A stretch of 64,000 nucleotides of DNA from Octopus vulgaris (Eukaryota), in the NCBI GenBank assembly GCA_951406725.2, contig OX597827.1, positions 33,604,001 to 33,668,000 on the forward strand, in the 5' to 3' direction. A model generated the notes under the pieces. The model saw only the letters and a list, made by a program, of their open reading frames with translations, was not told where the DNA came from and searched no databases. Positions 52,579-64,000 of the stretch are shown here, one piece after another; position 1 is the stretch's first letter, and the number at the start of each line of letters is the position of its first letter. Made by a program: the position numbers and the translations under genes.

Positions 52579-53330
52579 TTGACCTATTTGTTTCTTTTTT
52601 TTTTTAAGTTTTGTTGTCTTTGATTGTTTAGTGATATCAGATAGGAGAGCACCTATGATCCTTTTCTAGGGTCTCCATTACTGGTGAGATGGAAGAATGG
52701 GTACTCTTATCCTCAGTCTAGAAACCTGGTTTGAAACCTTGTGACAGAATGGACTCCTCCATCAAAGACAGTCATAGTCAAGGAGATAGTGTTAAACAGA
52801 TGGACTAAGTTTGCCAAAAAGAGGAACAGAAACAGTGTTATTGGCAGGCATAAACAACAACTACTGTTGGTTTGAATAGGAAGTGTATTATTTCTGCTTG
52901 ATAAAACAGCATACATCTAGTTATATATTCAGACCAATGAGTCACAAATATCTGTCCTATCACCCCAAATTAGTAGGGCTTATATGACAGATATTTCATC
53001 CTCCCTAGATCCTGGACTAAATGCTAACAACTGTAATCTTCTGGAACTATCTCCCTTCAGACACTGATCTACGCAGGTTGACTGGGGGAAAAGAGCACAC
53101 ACATAGACATACATACATACACTCAGAGTTCATGAATACATGTGCACACACACACATTTACGATGTACTTTTTTCAGTTTCTGACTACCAAAACCACTCA
53201 CAGGCTTTGGTCAGCCTGACATTATAGCAAAAGACACTTGCCCAAGGTGCCACGCTGTGAGACTGAACCTAGAATCATGTGGTTGGAAAGCAAGGTTCTT
53301 ACCACATAGCCACACCTGTGCCTATATATA

Positions 53331-53534
53331 CAGGGTGTCCCAGAAGTCACGCACCATTCTGGTTTTCATTTAAAATAATTAAAGCATTTTATTATATATT
53401 TTCTGCATGTTTTATTGTAGAGGGTGTTCAATTTGAGGATTTGTTACGATTAATTTCAATAAAGTGTTTTTGAAATCAATAAGGGTGTATTCTTTTAAAA
53501 AACCACAGTGGTGCACAACTTCTGGGACACTCAG
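53331..53534. mobile_element. Tc1/mariner-type MITE
   Basis: TA|CAGGGTGTCCCAGAAGTCACGCACCA ... TGGTGCACAACTTCTGGGACACTCAG|TA. Confidence 0.85.
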
Positions 53535-53707
53535 TATATAATTGAGTCAGATGAAGAAGGACAATATCCAAACCCTTGCAGTCTCTCTCTTCTCTCCTTC
53601 CTGACAGGTGGTACTGATAAAGCTGCAACCTTGCACGAACATCTACAAGTTAAACATGGTTGATATGGAAACTTTACTGAGGGACATCAAACTACCAGGT
53701 AGAGGTA

Positions 53708-53934
53708 TTAACCTTTTCATTGTCCTATTTCTGTTGAAATATACTCCCTTTGTTTCAATTAATTTTAAAAATTAAGAATTTAGTTAAGTAATTTTGTCAT
53801 TATTAAGCTGGTTCTTGGAACTTAAATTAGCTTGAAATTTTGATGGAAGATTTTAATTTAGAACACTTTAAAACAAAATATTTGTATCCTAGAACCAGGG
53901 ATGCTCTCAGGTATGTTGGTAACAAAAGGGTTAA
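53708..53934. mobile_element. TTAA-flanked (piggyBac-like) MITE family 1
   Basis: TTAACCTTTT...GGTAACAAAAGGGTTAA. Related copies at about 9975-10215 (inverted) and 13455-13995. Confidence 0.75.
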
Positions 53935-54383
53935 ACCAGGTTGTGTGATGTCATATAAGTTACCATCCCACCTATGGTGGTATGTTAGACATACTTATAA
54001 ATGGGATAGTCTACTTGTTGGAGGAGTACTTTTTATAAATGGAAGCATTTCCCATGAATAACTTACTCAAGTGTGAAATAGGGTTGAGAAAACAAGTAAC
54101 AATCAAGAACAGAAATCAATGAAATAAACTTTGGACATTGCCTTGGACCAATCTAAAAAATCCCTCTAAACATTTTCACTAAGTGTCTTTTGGCTAAATT
54201 TAAGGTAGAAGAAAGCTCTTACCAAGTGAAATACAAAATTCAGTTTCCATTGTTGTGGTTACAAATGACAGGAATTGAACATTTGTACTTTTGGTCAATT
54301 ATCCAAACATTGAGTAGATGCTTTTGGACTCAGAACATAAAGTGTCAAACACAAATTCCTTATATATAAAAAAATTTTATAGA

Positions 54384-55612
54384 CACAGACATGCAGGAAG
54401 TAAATAGACACCTTTAATTTTCAATATCTTTTATTTAATACGCAAAGCGAACAATTGAAATGTAATCGATAGGTAGGACTACATACTTTAGTATTTAGTT
54501 GACATTCCCTTTGCAGGTTTTAATTCAGAAACTCTTTTTGGCATAGAACTGATGAGCTTTGTGATTGTCTCTTGTGGAATTTCTGCCCACTTTTCACACA
54601 ACAATCGAAACAATTCATCTTTAGATTCAGATTTCTGTCAAGTTTTTTGTATAGCTCTATCAAGTATGCTCCAAAGATTTTCAATTGGGTTCATGTCAGG
54701 AGATTGGCTCAGCCAAAGAAGCTTTTTCATCCCATTTTCAGTCAGCCATTGTTGATTCCTTTTCGCTGTGTGGCATGGAGCCCCATCTTCCATAAATAAA
54801 AACTCATTTTTCGTTGTTATCATGTGAATACATCAGGAAGTAGTCCTTGCTTAAGTATTTCAATGTATTTTTCAGAGTTTATAGTTCCAATACATTCAAT
54901 CAGCTCAGAATGACCATTGCTGGTGACAACTCCCCATACCATTACAGAGATAGTGCCATGTTTCACAAGCGGTTGGAGTTGTTTCAAATCAAATTCTTGA
55001 TTGGGAAGCCTCCAGACACAAACACGTCCAGTGTCTGAAAATAATGCAAATCTGGATTCATCTGAGAAAATCACTCTATCCTAAAATGAACTAGATTTTT
55101 CTGACATCTCCTTTCTTTTCATGATATTAATTGGTTGAAGGACAGGTTTTCTCCTGCATACCCAAGCTTATGCAGATATGTAACACATGTTCTTGGACTA
55201 ACTTCTAGCTGTTTTGCAATGTCAGAAGCCTTCAAATAGGGTTCGTTTTCCACAATTCTCTTCAAACAGTGAAGCTTCCTCTCCAAGGGCCCAGGTTGGC
55301 CAGGACAAGAATCTGTTGATTCTTTTCCTTGGCTTTTGAATTGCACTATAATTCTATTAACAGTAGCAAGAAGAATTTGAAGATTTTTTGCAATTTTTTG
55401 CCTCAGATTGCCCAACAATACGACTTCTTTGAAAATCTGACAGTTCTGCTGAATTTTTTGTGTGTGGCATGATTACTCTTCATAAATGTTTAATATAATG
55501 GCACCTGGAATGAAAAAGAATAATTACATTGTAAATACTACACCGCTGAAAACATATTAAAACGCTTAGATCAGAAATTTTGAAAATTAAAGGTGTCTAT
55601 TTACTTCCTGCA

Positions 55613-55620
<8 letters not shown>
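54384..55620 (-). mobile_element. Tc1-like (DD34E) DNA transposon, full length, inactivated
   Basis: ~40-bp TIRs CACA(G/C)ACATGCAGGAAGTAAATAGACACCTTTAATTTTCAA, with TA at the right flank. The transposase is frameshifted. Confidence 0.92.
54488..55470 (-). pseudogene. Tc1 transposase pseudogene
   Basis: IFSDESRF, VMVWG, FMEDGAPCH...SPDMNPIENLW (34 residues between D and E) and a GMSTKY* end, split across track ORFs 55119-55418, 54820-55074 and 54638-54823. Confidence 0.9.
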
Positions 55621-55654
<34 letters not shown>

Positions 55655-55886
55655 TATATACATATATATACACATATATAGGTTGTGTTTTCCAAAATGG
55701 AGGCAAACACCTTTCTCCATGTAATAGGCATGAAAAATTGTTAAGACATTAGGATATTTTCCTGTTTTTCTTAATATGAAACCAAAGGTAACCTTAATTC
55801 ACAAATAAAAAAAATTATATCCATCAATGCAGTGTTGAGCACTCATTTTGATCATTCAATATTTCCATTCATACATAATATGTATA

Positions 55887-56015
55887 GCTTAGGAACGAGA
55901 ACCCAGGTTTGAAATTTCCTCAAAGACACCTGGTGAAGGCTGGAGGGTATATCAGCTGAAACGTTGTGTTAACAACAAACAAGATGAGGACAAATATCCG
56001 TCAATTGTAATTAAT
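55887..56015 (+). mobile_element. Headless copy of the hammerhead-tailed repeat also at 15945-16110; degenerate minimal hammerhead at 55925-55970
   Basis: GACAC CTGGTGA AGGCTG...CAGCT GAAACGTT GTGTT followed by AACAACAAACAAGATGAGGACAAATATC, which matches the reverse complement of about 15975-16085. Confidence 0.75.
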
Positions 56016-56574
56016 TTAGATATACATACATATATCTATGTTTATTTATATTGATAACCGCAAAATTTTGTCTGTCTGTCTGGGACCTCTGTATCTTAGT
56101 CTACATTTGCTCAACATAGACATATACCTTTTTTGGAATCAGGATAATCCTGGGATTGGAAATCTGTCCTTCATTTGGTTCTTGGACATCCAGCATGAGG
56201 ATCTGATTTAAAAGCATTTTGGGTTGCTATTTCTAGCAGGTAAAACGACCACGAGAGGTTTCGGGGTCATAGTATTACTGAGATAGGTGAACAAGAGTTA
56301 CTTCCCTTAGATTAAAGTTTTACAATAGAATTGAAAGATTCTTTTATCTTTCTTAGTCATCAGACTGCAACCATGCTGGGGCACCGCCTTGAAGAATTTT
56401 AATCAAACAAATCAACACCAATTCTTTCTTCTTTTTATGCCCGGTACTTTTTTTATGGCCTCTTTTACCAAATCACTAAGTTATGTGAATATAAACATGC
56501 CAACACCTGTAATCAAGTGATAGTGAGGGACAAATAGAGACACAAAGCCATAATATATATATAAATAACAAATA

Positions 56575-56792
56575 AATGCACCCTTTTGAAGCCTAGCTAG
56601 GCTCATGTGTCCAGTTTCCCGCGGGACGCCAGTCCATCGCAGTTTTACTCATTTTTGCCAGCTGAGTGGACTGGAGCAATGTGAAATGAAGTGTTTTGCT
56701 CAAGAACACAACGTGTCACCCGCTCCAGGAATCGAAACCACAATCTTACGATCATGATGCTGATATGCTAACCACTAAGCAACGTGCCTCCA
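56575..56792 (-). mobile_element. SINE family C-related copy
   Basis: Shares CAGCTGAGTG(G/A)ACTGGAGCAA..TGAAAT..AGTG..TTGCTCAAGAACACAAC with 19596-19650. Confidence 0.75.
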
Positions 56793-57029
56793 CACACAAA
56801 CACACACACATATATATGTATATATATATATATATGTACAAAATATGGGGGTTTAGTTCACAGGTGATCTAAGCGACTAGGTATGCTGGGTAAGTGCTGT
56901 AATGGATTACCAGGGCTCTAAGGTCATAGCTGAGATGGGAATTATGGAACCATTGTAGATTTCCAATATAGCAGACACATAATTGTTAAAGAGTACAACA
57001 AACATTAAGGCAAGACAAACATCTCAAGT

Positions 57030-57620
57030 CATATACGTCATTATTAATGACAAGACAGCAAACTTCCTAGATGTTACATTAGATTTAAACTCTTCACTCC
57101 ACTTCCCATATCATAAACCCAATCAATTCCTTAAGTACACCAACACAGAATCTAGCCACCATAAATCTATCTGCCACTGAGGAAGTCTTCAATAACTACA
57201 CCACTAACTACAACCAAGCTCTAGCTACTAGTGATTTTTCCCTGGAGATTAGATTTATAACCAACATTAATCTTAAAGAACACCTCTCTAAACTTAACCC
57301 TAGACAAGCACTCCCACATACTGGATATCCAAACCCTCCAACTATGGTTAGATAATCTCACCTGCGTAGCACTCACATGTATAACACCTCCCCAAATCTG
57401 CCTGATAAAAGTGACAGGAGATCTATTCTCTAGTATACACCTCCATTTGCTCCATTTAGCAAGGGCTTTGCTAAAGCATTCTTTAAAATAGTAGACTCTA
57501 ATTTCCCACGCAACCACAAATATCATTTTATCTTTAACAGATCCACTTTAAAATTATCCTATTCCTCTACACCAAATATAGAATCTATTGTCACCTCATC
57601 TATCAAACGTAAACTTAGCT
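57030..57620 (+). pseudogene. Penelope-like element reverse transcriptase C-terminal/linker fragment
   Basis: ANFLDVTLDLNSSLHFPYHKPN..YTNTESSH, then PPFAPF..AFFKIVDSNFPRNHKYHFIFNRSTLKLSYSSTPNIESIV. These resemble PLE RT thumb/linker motifs and are interrupted by a stop. Confidence 0.8.
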
Positions 57621-57784
57621 CTTACTATCTAAATGCATACAACCCTACCATAGACCTGCACAACGAAAACACTAACACCACCCGCAATATCATGTCCAAC
57701 ACCCCTGGTCCTAACACTTTAAATAACTTAAATATACATAATATAATTCCTCAGAGGGTAATAGGTGCACAGTTGAAACCAATG

Positions 57785-58000
57785 CTAGTACTAATAGGAA
57801 TACTTATACTAACAGTACTAACTATATCATAACCACTACAACTACTAATAGTACTAACAATAATACTAATACTACCACCAATGGCAATATTACTATTATT
57901 CAAAATAATACTATTATTAACACTTTTACCACAAATGCTACTACTAATAGTTGCAATAATAATATCATCACCATCACCACTGCCGCCACCACCACCACCA
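57785..58000. repeat. Degenerate (TAC/TAA/CAC) trinucleotide tract
   Basis: Low-complexity triplet repeat between the PLE and Helitron fragments. Confidence 0.8.
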
Positions 58001-58444
58001 AGAATTCCACTGGTTCCAGTAGACATGCCCTTTGAATTCATGAGACTTCAATTTCCAGTAAGAGTTAGTTTTGCAATGTCAATTAACAAGAGTCAAGGAC
58101 AATCACTGAAAATTGTTGGACTTTACCTCATGCAGCACTGCTTATCTCATGGTCAGCTCTATGCTGGTTGTTCCAGAGTGGGAAATGGCAACAATCTCTT
58201 CACACTCTCACTAAATAGTAAAACTAAGAATATTGTTTATCTTACTGCTTTGCAGTGATCTCCAAATGTTACAGTAATACAAAATTCTCCAAATGTGATA
58301 CTCTGTGATATAAATCTGGGATGGTAGGATACCAATAAATGCTTTATTATTATTATTTCTCTCTTTAGTTTTGGGCCACAAGCCCAATTAGTCCTCCACA
58401 AAAGCTAGATTAAAAGGCTGCACGGAGTGAAGCTTTTAAGCTAG
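57998..58444 (+). mobile_element. 3' end of an autonomous-type Helitron: PIF1-like helicase C-terminus plus terminus
   Basis: PRIPLVP...RLQFPVRVSFAMSINKSQGQSL...SHGQLYAGCSRV (helicase motifs V/VI), stop at 58258, then hairpin AAAAGGCTGCAC-GGA-GTGAAGCTTTT and CTAG|T at 58441-58444. Confidence 0.9.
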
Positions 58445-58832
58445 TAATTAACAAAAACCACACAAAGACCATATGAAATTCAGCTTGGTCAGAACATTAA
58501 ATCTATTTTGCCATTTCTCCAGCTTGTAATGTCATGATGCTCTGGCATTATCAGCTTGAGAAATAGTGATATAAATTTAATATTTTGTCCATGAAACACT
58601 GGGTAGCTGGATTTCACATGGTTTTTGAGTGGTTTTTAATATCTTTACTTTCTGATCACATGAATGCTATCAGGTTTTAATTCAGAACTGACAGCTAAAA
58701 CTCAAAAATATAAAATATTATATATTTATGTCATATATTCATGTCCAAGACTGTCACTGGTGCTTGATGCAGCTCTGCAGCTTGCTGGATCCTGTCAAAC
58801 TGTTCAACCCATGCCATCATGGAAAACATGTA

Positions 58833-59310
58833 CCATAAATCCTCGAGTATAGTCCACCCTTGAGTATAATATGCAGGGGATTTTTAGGAGGCTGTACCTC
58901 TGAAAAACCTAAACCTTGTGTATAATACGCACCCCTTCTCTAACTTGAGTGAAGGAGATCTATATAAAGTCCTTGGTTTGTAAAAATGTATACAGTAACA
59001 TCCTTTATTATTATTGTATATATAACAATGCAAACGTGTAGCCTTTTTGTGCATTTTGTTTGCAGGAAATAAAGAAATAACAGTGATAACATTTAATAGA
59101 TATTGCTAACTGCAAGTTATGGATGATTTAAGGTATTTTCGTGCCTGACATCACAAAATGCATCTGAATAAACATTGCTGGACAGCAAATAAAGACTCGG
59201 ACATTACTTAGAAAATAATTTTCATTTTTAACCTCATATATAGTACGTACTAGGGATTTTGACCTTTAAATTTTGGGAAAAAAGTGTGGATTATACTTGA
59301 GGATTTACGG
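58833..59310. mobile_element. pogo/Tigger-type MITE
   Basis: TA|CCATAAATCCTCGAGTATAGTCCAC ... GTGGATTATACTTGAGGATTTACGG|TA. Confidence 0.85.
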
Positions 59311-61200
59311 TACACATTGTTGATGATGACGGCAATAGTGATGATGATGATAACGATGATGATGACGACAATGATGATGATAAGGTTATATTCCAAAGAA
59401 TCGAAACAACTTCCCAACTTACCATCCTTTCATTGGTGTTTATTCTGTCAGACCTGCAGGGGGTGCAAGACAAATTTATTCTTTGTGAGATTTGAACTAA
59501 GAAATTTTGAGAGATGAAATGAAATACTACCAAATAATTTAGTCTGCCATTTCACCATCCTTTTTTTATTACTTCAGCAACAGTTAGACAGAGGATGGTG
59601 ATGATGGTGGTGGTGGTGATTGTAAATTCTGTGTGCGGTGGTAGTGGGTGTTGTGGTAGTGGAGTGTTGTTGGGGTTGACAGAAATAACAGTCAAACTTT
59701 AGATTTAATGTCTGGCAGTATTTAGTTACATAATTTTATGGATTTGAAATCAAATCTTTCATGGGTGGTTTTATTATGTCTCTCATTGCTCTGCAGTTGA
59801 AAGTAAAATGGAAGCCAGTTGTTGCTGTTTTGGTGGTGACGGTAGTGGCGTTTACCTCCACCCCACCCCCACTCTCCCTATTCTCAGTCAACTCTGATTG
59901 AGCAGATCCATGATTAAATGTTTTCTAGTCATGACTATTCTACCCTTCTCTCAGTAGAATTTAAACTGCAAAAAAGCTTGGCTGCTATTTTTAGCAGACT
60001 GAGTGACCACTTAGATGCTCCCTCATTTGCTTAGCAGCAACTAAGGAATTCTTTGCCCATGAATGCCAGCATGTAATATGCTGAGCTTGATTCAATAAAC
60101 TATAACAACATACTCTGCCCTCTACAATGTTAGAAATGACAAATAAGTAATTACATTTTTAATTAACTAATTTTTTCCAGATTATTTAAAAAAAAATATT
60201 TTTGCTAATTAAAAATGCAATTAATTATTTGTCCTTTGCGTGTCCTATAAAAGTCTTTATTTTCTTTAATTAGTATAACTATTATTGATTTCTAACACTG
60301 GCACACATTTTCGCTAATTTTTACAAAATAATTATGTTGCATTGGTAATGAAAGCATTTGTTCCTGCTCCGACCTCACACCTCTATTTTTTTTTTCCTCT
60401 TTTCAATCTTAAATGTTTGGCATGCAGTTCAAATTGAGTTTTAATTAAATGAGCAGTTGTCCTTCAAGTATAGAAATCCTCTACTTCTAGTTAATCTGAA
60501 CTACATTGCAATTAGCTTATGAGGATAACTTTTTTCTTTTTAATGAAATAACATGAAGGTTGATATTTTTTTTAATGAATTGACATGTAGCTTAGTATTT
60601 TTAAACAAAAGGAAATTGTGGTGTTTATGTTTTTATCGATGTCATTAAATGCAAGGCAAACTTTATATTTTGTCTTAACAAAAATGTCCTAAATTCAAAC
60701 TTGCAGAATTGGTAGATTGTGAAGCTAAATACTTTGCAGTATTTCATTATGTCACTTTATAATGTGAATTCAAATCTCACTAGAGTTGACTTTTTCTTTT
60801 ATCTCCTCAGGTAGTAACATAGGTGGAGTGTGTGCTGCCTGGGGCAGCCCTTGAGTTTGCTATCCCATGCTTTCCTGCCCCTTATATAGCATGCCTGAAA
60901 GTACTGCTCAGGCTAGGCCACCCCTGTTGCCTCACCTTCCCTCAGCTACACTATAGTCTTTAGGAGTGGTAAAATAAATTTTGGGCATCATTTACTGGAA
61001 CCAGCTAGAACAACTATACTCTCCATGCAAAATTGTGATCTTACAAGAATAGTGTCAGATAAAATGCTTAAGATCAATGCTTGCTGAGGTTAACTATGCA
61101 TTTCATTCTTCTAGCTCAATAAAATAACTAACTAGTCAAATACTGGGGTTGATATAATTGACTACCAAAGTTTCTGCTGTGTGAGGAATTATTATTATTG

Positions 61201-61745
61201 TCTTGTGTGAGATGAACCCAGCTGTCCACAGTGTTTGGTGAAGATTTGACATACCATCTTCCTTTAGTAGCGAAGGAAAGCAGATCTTTCACTGTTTAGT
61301 GGCTATGGCAAAAGAGGCTGTGTGGTGGACTCATCAGAAAGGTTTGAAGACAGGCACTTCGCTATCTGACCAAGCTCTCACCAGTTTCTTCAAATATATT
61401 TTGAAGTGAGAGTGGAAAGACTTGTGAGGCTGAATAGATCTACTCTGAGTATGTTTTTCTAAGTAGGAGGAAAGTAACTAGAAGATGGCATTTCCCATGC
61501 CTTGGGAATGGTAGAATAATCTAGGAATTACCCTAAGTTTATCTCGAATTACCCTAAGTGGACTGTCCCACTATTGGGGATTCTACTAATTAAATAGTTA
61601 TTTCTATAAATTCTATTTATATATCCTTTAATGCTGTGTCTCACTTTGACTGATGTAAACTCCACCTGTTTTGTGTGTTAAATCTCATCTTTTGATATTG
61701 TTTCCATGTCTTGGGCCCTTGTAGCCAATAAAAGAAATCATTATC
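61201..61745 (+). mobile_element. Second 3' fragment of the same L1/Tx1-like LINE
   Basis: CLVAMAKEAVWWTHQKG and an identical 22-nt tail GCCCTTGTAGCCAATAAAAGAA at 61715-61736. Confidence 0.7.
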
Positions 61746-61749
61746 CAAT

Positions 61750-62308
61750 GCCACGACCTTAGAAAAATGTGCTATATCCAGTATTCAAAGCATGCTGATG
61801 AGAATTCAGTACGGAGGGGTAGGACATGTCCAAATTTAAAAATGACTGCATTCCGAAAATTCTTCTGTATGGCCAACAAATAGCGGGATATCTGACCTCT
61901 CGACCTCTCGTTAGGGAGAAAGATAAGTTGAAGCAATCACTAAAATCTGTACAGCTTAACTTGACATCTTGGGGGAAGTCATTGTCTAGATCGATCTGCA
62001 TGGAGTAAAATGTATCATGATACATCCAAACAATTTGAGTAGAAGAAAAAGAACAATAGAATTGTATTCTGCAATCAACAGACACACTAGCCCAATCCCA
62101 AGCAAAATCAAAATCATCAATGTCCCCACTGTGACTTCATAGCAAAATCATTACCTGGACTGAAATTACATTCATGCATCCATTGCAAATAGATGTAGTT
62201 TCTTAATTTTTTGTTTTTTTGCTTTCTTTCTATTTTCCTTTTTAAGTCCTCTCTTCTAACACTATATGTCAAAACCAATGGGAGTGACCATCATCATCAT
62301 CATCATCA
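61750..62308 (+). mobile_element. RTE-clade LINE 3' fragment with (CAT)n tail
   Basis: IPKILLYGQ..RPLVREKDKLKQSLK..TSW, a terminal CPHC..KSLPGLKLH..H finger and a (CAT)n tail. Confidence 0.75.
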
Positions 62309-62309
62309 T

Positions 62310-63112
<803 letters not shown>

Positions 63113-64000
63113 ATCTGGTAGGATTAATCTACCATCCTGTTTAATACCACCAAGCATTAGGGCCAGGCCTCCAATTCGAGAATAGTTTACTCCTACCAGT
63201 TTTAGAGGCCTTGATTAAACTGAATAATGAAAACTCTCCTTCCTTGATTGGCTACAAAAATTAAAGGCTTGCTCGTTTTTCATAGAAGTTATTAGTTTAT
63301 TTTTGATTAATCATAAATGTACTATATTTTAGGGAGCGAAATTGAAGTTGTAGTATTTTGTCAGGGACGTTAATATGAATGTTATCAGGGGGTACCAAAT
63401 TCCTTTCGGGTTCCTTTCCTAAAATCTAAATCTTGGTCTTAAATAAAGGCCAACATTTTCTAAAACCCCACTAAATTTCCGGACAATATACTCCACATTA
63501 TAGACCTAGAATGAACGTTATAACTTTTAGAATTCTTACTAAAACGTAGATATTACTACTAACATTTGACTATTTCCCTGGCAATACAAAATGAAACCTC
63601 TCCGAACGCAAATTGAAATCATATCTCAGGTTTGCCGTCAGCTAATTTATCTTCCGCTCTAAAGTACTCGCGACGTTCTAGATACACTGATTTCTAACGC
63701 AGACACAAAGCCATACATTTGGGGTACAGAGGGTGGGGGAAATAATCTGTGCAAGCCACCGCAGTACTTGGCTGCTAATTATTCGAGTCAACAACCAAGC
63801 CTTTTTACGTAGTCGCTCGAATTGCTAGAAATAGCCAAATTCTCTCAAATCATACACTCCGACCTAAAAAGGAAATATTGGACAACGTGTCATTGATATT
63901 CAAAAAGACTGGGTAGGCACGATTGGAAAGCCTTTCATCATAGGTCTAAAAACAAATGTACTTTATTTTATCGACCTTGACTAGATTTGAACTCAGGATG

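Noticed and set aside
53549-53586. Hammerhead-like AGA-TGAAGA-AGGA..TCC-AAAC..GTC-TCT
   Set aside because: Two core nucleotides are missing and stem I is only about 3 bp, so it cannot be distinguished from chance.
57881-58258. Host PIF1 helicase gene or signal-peptide protein
   Set aside because: The hydrophobic N-terminus is microsatellite translation, and the helicase piece ends in a Helitron hairpin/CTAG terminus.
61790-61830. CTGATGA hammerhead candidates at 61795, 11172, 30053, 30270 and 32821
   Set aside because: No downstream GAAA with paired stems.

Overview
This is AT-rich, microsatellite-dense animal DNA. The SINE/LINE/MITE repertoire looks like an octopus (coleoid cephalopod) genome, which is my recognition rather than a database result. 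Only one host coding segment is supportable: the terminal exon (26022-26720, +) of a multi-exon C2H2 zinc-finger gene with polyQ tracts. I found no upstream exons, so 1-26021 is probably one large intron. Almost all other ORFs in the track are microsatellite noise or decayed transposon fragments: Tc1 and mariner transposases, a Helitron helicase, Penelope-like RT, and Tx1/L1-, R4/Dong-, RTE- and CR1-type LINE ends. Three things stand out. (1) About ten type-I hammerhead-ribozyme motifs of several families, from intact-looking to decayed. They include two fold-back elements at 20.5-21.8 kb and a tRNA-headed SINE carrying a hammerhead tail (15.9-16.2 kb). (2) A polarised head-to-tail array of roughly 25-30 copies of one SINE downstream of the ZNF stop (30.6-40.8 kb). 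A Tx1-like LINE sharing its 3' tail and its (ATT)n context is present in the same window. (3) A pure 600-bp (CAT)154(CAG)46 tract joining two SINE halves. All structures were read by eye, and no folding or search was run.
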